Shown here one piece after another: positions 58,107-64,000 of a stretch of DNA of 64,000 nucleotides; positions within the stretch are counted from its first letter, which is position 1, and each line of letters begins with the position of its first letter. The notes below the pieces were generated by a model. It worked only from the letters and a program-made list of their open reading frames with translations, did no database searches and was not told where the DNA came from. This stretch comes from an uncultured Trueperaceae bacterium (lineage in GTDB: Bacteria; Deinococcota; Deinococci; Deinococcales; Trueperaceae), in the NCBI GenBank assembly GCA_963799485.1, contig CAWCXJ010000002.1, forward strand, positions 1 through 64,000, in the 5' to 3' direction. The position numbers and the translations under genes are program-made.

Positions 58107-58395
58107 CGTGCCCGAAGACGCGCTGAGTGAAATCGCGGAGCTTAAAACGCAACTGAGAGACTTGCGCCTCGAGCTGAGCCATCTCGACACCGTGACGCTC
58201 GGCAACCGCCGCGACCGTGAAGAGTTCCGTAAGAGCTTACAGGGGCGGCTCGAGCAAGCTGAACAAAAACTCGAGGAGGTCGCGGTGACGGTCACCGCGT
58301 ACCAGGGCACCATCAACAAATACCTGGGCATCTTTCTCACGGCCCTCGTCGCCGGGGGCGCGGGGCTGGTCGTCTCGAGACTGTGGGGCGGCTGA
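58099..58395 (+). CDS. Coiled-coil protein with C-terminal TM
   Basis: Sequence composition. Confidence 0.65.
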   Translation: MNDVPEDALSEIAELKTQLRDLRLELSHLDTVTLGNRRDREEFRKSLQGRLEQAEQKLEEVAVTVTAYQGTINKYLGIFLTALVAGGAGLVVSRLWGG

Positions 58396-58889
58396 TGAGA
58401 AAGCGCACCTATGCCTATATTCTGCTGATGGGCAGCCTTGCCGCTTTACTGGGGCTTTACATTCTGTTCGCGGGTCTGGTGTTGCCGTTCGGCGGTTACA
58501 CCATTCACGGTTACAAAAGTATCCCGCCGGTCGTCTGTCCGGGTGAGACGTTGCAACTCAGCACCGACGTCGAGTTTGCGCCGCCCCGTTACGCCCGACT
58601 TGGAAGCTACCGGCTCGTGACGTACTGGGTCAACACGCAGGGGACGCGCACCGAAGGCGAGACGTTCCGGGGGTCGTTCGCGGACTCGCAAGCAGGGCGG
58701 CGCTTTGTCCTTTCGCCCGTGCTGCGTACCGCGCCGCCGACCGAAGGCGACTGGAAACTTGTGAGTAACGTCTATTACGAAGGAACGGTATTGCGCGCCA
58801 GGCGGAGCGCAGAGGCTATGTACACGACCCCCGAACCCGTCTTGCGCACCCTGCCTCTGGAGGCCACAGAATGCCGTTTACAACCCTAG
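58383..58889 (+). CDS. Membrane-anchored protein
   Basis: N-terminal TM. Confidence 0.6.
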   Translation: MGRLMRKRTYAYILLMGSLAALLGLYILFAGLVLPFGGYTIHGYKSIPPVVCPGETLQLSTDVEFAPPRYARLGSYRLVTYWVNTQGTRTEGETFRGSFADSQAGRRFVLSPVLRTAPPTEGDWKLVSNVYYEGTVLRARRSAEAMYTTPEPVLRTLPLEATECRLQP

Positions 58890-59194
58890 CGACCATCAAT
58901 ACCAGTATTATTTTCGGGCTTTCCTTACTCGTGATACTCGCGTTCGGGCACGTGTTGCAAAGGTTCCGGCTGACACAACGAGAAGAAAATACGGTCATGG
59001 TCTTTTTCGGCGTTTACGTGCTGTTCGGTATCGCCGACCGGGCGCTGGCATCGCACCTGACCAGGCTGGCGATGTCGCAAGAGCCGCTAGGTATCTGGTC
59101 GCAAATTGCTATCGACGTGCGCCTCGGGTTCGGCGTCGTTATTTGGGCGTTCTTACTGTATGCGTTTTTCGGCATATGGCGGCGGCGGCTTTAG
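58871..59194 (+). CDS. Three-TM membrane protein
   Basis: Hydrophobic helices. Confidence 0.65.
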   Translation: MPFTTLATINTSIIFGLSLLVILAFGHVLQRFRLTQREENTVMVFFGVYVLFGIADRALASHLTRLAMSQEPLGIWSQIAIDVRLGFGVVIWAFLLYAFFGIWRRRL

Positions 59195-59267
59195 GGCAAA
59201 AAGAAATGCCGCGCCCGGTTTGACGACGGGCGCGGGGTGGGGGCGCAAGTTATTTTTCTAACACAAT

Positions 59268-59468
59268 TCAAAAATCAGCTTGTCGCACATATTCGGCAAA
59301 AATCGCTGAAGCTACCGAGCGCAAATCTAGCCACCTCTGTGTTTCGCCCATCTTATACAGGCGGTGACACTCCGCCTCAACCTGGTCGTAAAGCTCGAGC
59401 GTAACAGCCCTTGCTATCGTGGCGGCGTCTTCGGGGCCGACGTTTGGCAGGTGGGGAGCTAGAGGCAC
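59268..59468 (-). CDS. Hypothetical protein
   Basis: Last gene of leftward cassette. Confidence 0.55.
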   Translation of the reverse strand: MPLAPHLPNVGPEDAATIARAVTLELYDQVEAECHRLYKMGETQRWLDLRSVASAIFAEYVRQADF

Positions 59469-59779
59469 GGGAGGTCGCCTAAAGACGGGTGTAGCAGCAC
59501 TGGCAGGCCGCTACGCCGACCTAAGGTAGCGGCGACGTGCAAAAGTATTACGGCGTCGGGGCAGTCAGTTACAGCTTCGCTGGTTTCGTCAGGCCGGATG
59601 CCGTAAACGGTAAAAAATTCGGCGCGTTTTGCCGGTATCATCGGGATGATGTGCGTTTCGTCCTCAGTTGATTCGTCGGCGTCGTCACGACAACCCGACA
59701 CCTCGAGCCGAGTGAACTCTGTCCAGTCCGGCTCGTCTTGCGCGTAGGCCATATTGAAAAATATCGAACCGTCTAGCAT
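59459..59779 (-). CDS. Hypothetical acidic protein
   Basis: TGATG-coupled at 59779. Confidence 0.6.
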   Translation of the reverse strand: MLDGSIFFNMAYAQDEPDWTEFTRLEVSGCRDDADESTEDETHIIPMIPAKRAEFFTVYGIRPDETSEAVTDCPDAVILLHVAATLGRRSGLPVLLHPSLGDLPCL

Positions 59780-60186
59780 CACAACCAGCCCCTCTCTCTT
59801 GCAAAAGCATACTCGAGCGCGAGCACTTCGGGCGGCATCTCGTCGGCGCGGGTGAGGCCGTCGACGAAGCACGGGCCGCAGATCGAATCTATCTCTGCCG
59901 GGTTTGGCGTCCCTTCACACGTCTCGCAGCGCGGGGTATTGCAGGCACACAAATCAGTGTCTACGGTTGGCTCTACCCCGCATATCGGGCAGACCGAGAG
60001 GACACTCGCGCCCTGACACACGTCACATTCTACGGGCCACTCTTCACCGGATGCGTCTACCGCGTAATCTATGACGCCGCATCCACCGCACGTGCTGCAC
60101 TGCGTCTCGACGAGAATGCTGAGGGGGCTGTGCGCCCCCAGAGCGAGTAACGGTGTGCCGGATGGGTCGGAGATAATGAGGCCCAT
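59779..60186 (-). CDS. Cys-rich zinc-finger protein
   Basis: CSTCGGCG, CDVCQG, CPICG, CETC, CGPC. Confidence 0.7.
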   Translation of the reverse strand: MGLIISDPSGTPLLALGAHSPLSILVETQCSTCGGCGVIDYAVDASGEEWPVECDVCQGASVLSVCPICGVEPTVDTDLCACNTPRCETCEGTPNPAEIDSICGPCFVDGLTRADEMPPEVLALEYAFARERGWL

Positions 60187-60187
60187 A

Positions 60188-60499
60188 TCAGAGCCCCAAC
60201 AATTCTAAGCAAGCTTCGTCGCTGTAATCGTCGTGTGCGTAGGTCAGGCCGTTCTTGGCACAGCGCACAGTGTTGAAATGCTCAGCTACCCGGATGCGCT
60301 CGGCTCGGCTTGCTTGGCGAGTGCTCGTGCGTCCAATCGCCTTCATGACCTCAGCCTCATACGCGGCTCTACCGGGCTTGCCGGGGCGGGGGTCAAACCC
60401 TGCGTTACGGGCGCTCTGGTGCAGATCGCGGAGCTGTTTCGTCCGGGTCGGGGTGCGGGTGGCAACTTTGCGGGGTGCTGCTGTGGTGGTAGTCTGCAT
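60188..60499 (-). CDS. Hypothetical protein
   Basis: GGAGG SD. Confidence 0.7.
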   Translation of the reverse strand: MQTTTTAAPRKVATRTPTRTKQLRDLHQSARNAGFDPRPGKPGRAAYEAEVMKAIGRTSTRQASRAERIRVAEHFNTVRCAKNGLTYAHDDYSDEACLELLGL

Positions 60500-60571
60500 C
60501 TGTCTTACCTCCAGGTGAGATGTCGGGTAAGGGCGCGGCTTCTTGGTCGGAGTGCGTCCTTATCTGTTATT

Positions 60572-60629
60572 ACTATAAGCTTTTTGCCTATATGTGTCAA
60601 TAGTCCATAAGCTTATGCTAAAGTGATGT
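60572..60629. promoter_or_regulatory. Divergent promoters with palindromic operators
   Basis: Minus: TTGACA-N17-TATAGT; plus: TGCTAAAGT-N5-GTG; CATAAGCTTATG 60606-60617 and ATAAGCTT 60575-60582. Confidence 0.75.
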
Positions 60630-60848
60630 GTGGATTTTAACGAACAGCTCAAAACCAGGATGCGTGAGACTATGGCAAAAGACGGTGTTAGCCAGCTCGA
60701 ACTTGCGCGGCGTTTAGGGATAACCCAGCCTGCCGTCTCTGAACTGCTATCACAAAAAAGAGGGATAGTGCCCCGGAGTTTGCTTAGGGCGCTCGACGCC
60801 CTCAACCTGCGCCTCGAGGTCGTGCCGAAGGGGGCCGACAATGCCTGA
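60630..60848 (+). CDS. XRE-family HTH regulator (leaderless)
   Basis: VSQLELARRLGITQPAVSELL. Confidence 0.88.
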   Translation: MDFNEQLKTRMRETMAKDGVSQLELARRLGITQPAVSELLSQKRGIVPRSLLRALDALNLRLEVVPKGADNA

Positions 60849-61182
60849 CTACTACGACCGGCAAGGCAACCCGATAAGCCAAGCCGAGATGATTAGACTT
60901 TTTGCAAACTCTGAAGAACGTATGGTGGCGCTTGACATTATAGGTGACACTCAGGTCTCAACCGTACATCTTGTGATTGACCATAGCTGGGAAGATGGGC
61001 CACCGGTCATCTTTGAGACAATGTGTTTCGGCGGGACTCGAGACCAGGAGCAGATTCGTTACGGCACCGAGGCACAGGCGAGGGCTGGACATCAAAAACT
61101 TGTGGCTGAAATTCAGGCTGAAGCGGGCGTGACGTTAGAGGAAATCGAACTCGAACTGGCAGGGTTGGAGGGCAACGCATGA
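60841..61182 (+). CDS. Phage hypothetical protein
   Basis: VSTVHL.IDH..PVIFETM.FGG..A..GH. Confidence 0.7.
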   Translation: MPDYYDRQGNPISQAEMIRLFANSEERMVALDIIGDTQVSTVHLVIDHSWEDGPPVIFETMCFGGTRDQEQIRYGTEAQARAGHQKLVAEIQAEAGVTLEEIELELAGLEGNA

Positions 61183-61295
61183 CCCAAAAACAGCAAGCCG
61201 AAAGCGCAGCAGCACGGCGCGAGAAAATGTGCAGGGAGAAAGCGGGAAAGCAACGCTACGAGGACGGTGGGGTTTTGGGGGAGCTCGAGGGGGCC

Positions 61296-61330
61296 GAACG
61301 CTAATAAAAGCCGTCTTTTTAGATGTCGGG
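61296..61330. other. Predicted attR (core GT at 61313-61314)
   Basis: ComEC similarity starts at GTC TTT TTA GAT; last small phage ORF stops at 61304. Confidence 0.6.
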
Positions 61331-62044
61331 CAGGGTGACAGCACACTGATCCGTTTGCCGCGCCGCACTGAAATCCTGGTCGATGGTGGCGGGACGCCTT
61401 CTAGCGACTTTGATACGGGCAAGAACACCGTCGTTCCGGCCCTCCGGGCGCTGGGGGTGGACGAACTCGAGCTGGTCGTCGCCTCACATACCGACGTCGA
61501 CCACATCGAAGGGTTGGCGAGCGTTCTCCGCGATATGCCGGTCGGCGGGCTTGTTATCGGCTATCCGTCTTCTGATTCTGAAACGTTCAGGGCACTTGTA
61601 GACGTTGCCGAAGCGCGCGGCGTCCCGGTAACCGAAGTACGGCGTGGCGAGAGGTTGCGCGTCGGCGACGCACGTTTGGATATTCTTAACCCACCGATGC
61701 AACCTTTTGAAGCGAGTAACGACAACTCGGTCGCGTTTGTGCTGAACGCCCTCGGCAGCAAAGCGCTCTTTTTGGGCGATCTGCCGAGCGAGGTTGAAGC
61801 TGCTTTAGCGGTGCCGGACGTAGACATCATGATGGTCGCGCACCACGGCTCGAGGTTTTCCACCTCAGACGCGCTCCTCACCGCCGCCAAACCCGAAACC
61901 GCCGTCCTGTCGTATGGTCGCAACAATTACGGGCATCCCAACCCGGACGTTTTAGCGAGGCTTAAAGCGCACGGCGCGGAGATTTTTGAAACGTATAAGG
62001 TAGGTGCGGTGCGGCTTCCGCTGGGACAGACAGACAAGCAATGA
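61313..62044 (+). pseudogene. comEC: comEC 3' portion (metallo-beta-lactamase domain), interrupted by prophage
   Basis: FLDVGQGD, LVDGG, SHTDVDHIEG, NDNS, FLGD, HHGS, NNYGHP; near holA as is common for comEC. Confidence 0.9.
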
Positions 62045-62201
62045 GTACCGAGCTATGAGCAACGCGTAAAAGCTTTTCTCATGGCTCGGCGCTCGTTGCT
62101 TCTGTAGGGGCTGACGTTCTGTTGACCCGGTAGCTGGTGAACCTACTATCTAAGCATACTTTTCCGCGCCGACGTGTTAATTTGTCCTCAGTGATAGTCC
62201 G

Positions 62202-62960
62202 ATGATTACCCCGGTGCGTGTGCTCTCGAGCGGTGGCCCGGTGCGGGTCGAACTCGCCCGCTGGCAGGGCAAGCTCGTCGTCGTCAAGCAGCTTCAGGCC
62301 GCCTCGTCGGTACTCGCCAACCGTTTGGGCCGTGAAGCCGCCGTCGTCACGCATTTGGAGCACGAAAACATCGTGCCTTTGTTGGCTGTTCAAGATACCA
62401 GCCTGATTTACGCCTACTGTCCCGGCGTCAGCCTCAGCGAAGCGCTCGCTGCGGGGCCGCTCGGCACGGCGAACAGCTTGCGGTTTATCCGCGACGTGCT
62501 CGCGGCGCTCGCCTACGCGCACGCGCAAAACGTGATTCACCTAGACGTCAAACCCTCGAACATTTTAATCAACGGTGAAAAGGCGCTCCTGACCGACTTC
62601 GGTTTTGCCAAAGACTTGGCGCTCGCCTCGATTACGCAGCAGGGCGTGTCTTTGGGGACGCCCAACTATATGGCCCCCGAGCAGTTTACCGGTGAGCGCA
62701 GCGACCCCCGCAGCGACCTCTACGCGGTCGGCGCGGTTTTGTATCACATGCTGACGGGTGCGCCGCCTTTTGAACGCGATATTTTCAGGTTTTTAACCGG
62801 CGACCGTACCGTAAAGCTCGCGCCTCTGCCCGAGGCGGCAGCGCCGCTCGCGGGGTTCTTGGGTAGGGCGCTAGCGTACGACCCCGAAAAGCGCTTTAAC
62901 AGTGCCGCCGAGATGCGCGCGGCGCTCGCGCATATCTATCTGGACGATCTGTTTTTTTGA
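62202..62960 (+). CDS. Ser/Thr protein kinase
   Basis: VVVK, HLDVKPSN, DFG, GTPNYMAPE, DLYAVG. Confidence 0.93.
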   Translation: MITPVRVLSSGGPVRVELARWQGKLVVVKQLQAASSVLANRLGREAAVVTHLEHENIVPLLAVQDTSLIYAYCPGVSLSEALAAGPLGTANSLRFIRDVLAALAYAHAQNVIHLDVKPSNILINGEKALLTDFGFAKDLALASITQQGVSLGTPNYMAPEQFTGERSDPRSDLYAVGAVLYHMLTGAPPFERDIFRFLTGDRTVKLAPLPEAAAPLAGFLGRALAYDPEKRFNSAAEMRAALAHIYLDDLFF

Positions 62961-63118
62961 TGTGCCTAGTTGGATGAAAATTCGACTGCATATGACGAAA
63001 GAAAATGGAGAAGGCAGCAGGAACAACAAGCAGCTTCAAGCGGTATTCTTTATTCTGTTTTATGCTGCTTTCAGCCCGCCGGGTTGCAAGCAGGTCATCA
63101 TCTTGGCTTCTGTTTCAA

Positions 63119-64000
63119 ATGATTCTATCTTTTAGCGGCGACCCCTTTTTAGCGACGCGCGCGGCGCGGCGGGCGCTCCGGTCGCGCGGTTTTCGCACGG
63201 AAGAAATCACCGAACTCGGTGAAGGGATGAACGCCCCGCAGGTCGCGCAGCTCGCCGCGCAGTCGGGGCTTTTCGGGCAGGTGGCGCTGCTCCTAGACTT
63301 CGACGCAGCCTTTCGGGGTCAGGGCGGCGTCAAACCACGAAACGAAACGCTCAAGGTGCTAGCAGCCGTTTCAAAGGACACACTGGTCGTCGTCCTCGAC
63401 CTGAGCGCGACCCCGGCGCGGCAAAAAACCTATAACGCGCTCGGCACGCACGAAAACCTGCCGACACCGCGTTTTAGCGCCCTGACGCACTGGGTCAGGC
63501 AGGAGCTGTACGCCGCCGAACTCGAGGTCGAAAAAGACGTGCCCGACACCCTCGCCGACCTTTTTGGCGAAGACCTGCCGGGCATCGCTGCCGAAATCCA
63601 AAAGCTCGCGGTGTTAGACGAAACCTTGACGAGTACGCGCGTCCGCGAAATTGCCAACAGGCCGGCCGCGAGAGACGCCTTCAGCCTTATCGAAGCGGTT
63701 ACGGACAGGGACGCAAGGCGCGCGCTGAGCGTGACGCGCAGTTTGGTCGCGCAGGGCGAAGCGCCGCCCCGCGTATTGGGCGCGCTGACCTGGCAGTACA
63801 CCCTGGTGGCGCGCTGCGTGGGTTTACAAGCAGGTCGGGCTAGAGTTGACGCGGGCTTGGTCGCGCAAACCCTCAAGGTCAAACCGTTCGTCGCGCAAAA
63901 AGCCTTGACTATCGCTAAAAACCTCGACGAAGCGGGCTTAAGACGGGTGCTGACGAGCCTCTTAAGCGCAGATGTTGCGATGAAAACGGGAAAAGACGAG
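63119..64000 (+). CDS. holA: DNA polymerase III delta subunit (runs off window)
   Basis: Not in ORF track; MILSFSGDPFLA..SGLFG..EIQKL..AD.AMKTG resembles Thermus HolA. Confidence 0.85.
   Translation, partial: MILSFSGDPFLATRAARRALRSRGFRTEEITELGEGMNAPQVAQLAAQSGLFGQVALLLDFDAAFRGQGGVKPRNETLKVLAAVSKDTLVVVLDLSATPARQKTYNALGTHENLPTPRFSALTHWVRQELYAAELEVEKDVPDTLADLFGEDLPGIAAEIQKLAVLDETLTSTRVREIANRPAARDAFSLIEAVTDRDARRALSVTRSLVAQGEAPPRVLGALTWQYTLVARCVGLQAGRARVDAGLVAQTLKVKPFVAQKALTIAKNLDEAGLRRVLTSLLSADVAMKTGKDE

Larger units (their letters stand above)
5..61314. mobile_element. Complete temperate prophage (siphovirus-like) inserted in comEC
   Basis: Serine integrase at left end; full lysogeny, replication, head, tail and lysis modules; comEC remnant begins abruptly at FLDVGQGD at the right end. 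Confidence 0.93.

Noticed and set aside
62960..63118. Hairpin GAAGGCAGCA..TGCTGCTTTC and ORF 62902..63135 as sRNA or toxin
   Set aside because: Single imperfect stem with no other support
1..64000. tRNA, rRNA or CRISPR arrays
   Set aside because: None recognised by eye; tRNAscan-SE and cmscan were not run

Overview
Almost the whole window (about 5-61314) is one apparently complete ~61.3 kb long-tailed, siphovirus-like temperate prophage. It is integrated by a large serine recombinase into the competence gene comEC, exactly at the start of the metallo-beta-lactamase domain (FLDVGQGD). The host flank (comEC 3' part, Ser/Thr kinase, holA) resembles Deinococcus-Thermus genes, possibly Truepera-like. 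Gene order: integrase, exported morons, CI/RHH switch, early genes with a gp3-like recombination directionality factor, a mixed replication module, two DNA methyltransferases, RusA, packaging/head, tail with a -1 frameshift, two paralogous receptor-binding modules, dispersed lysis genes and two inverted accessory cassettes. Strongest unexplained signals: (1) five free-standing HNH genes of different families share a two-hairpin leader, four of them behind an extended -10 promoter, and at least one duplicated the 5' end of its target gene; (2) the palindrome CTCGAG is strongly iterated (about 130 copies by manual count) and anchors short dispersed repeats; (3) predicted GT-core att sites would restore comEC in frame on excision. 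All product calls come from motif recognition by eye; no database searches were run.
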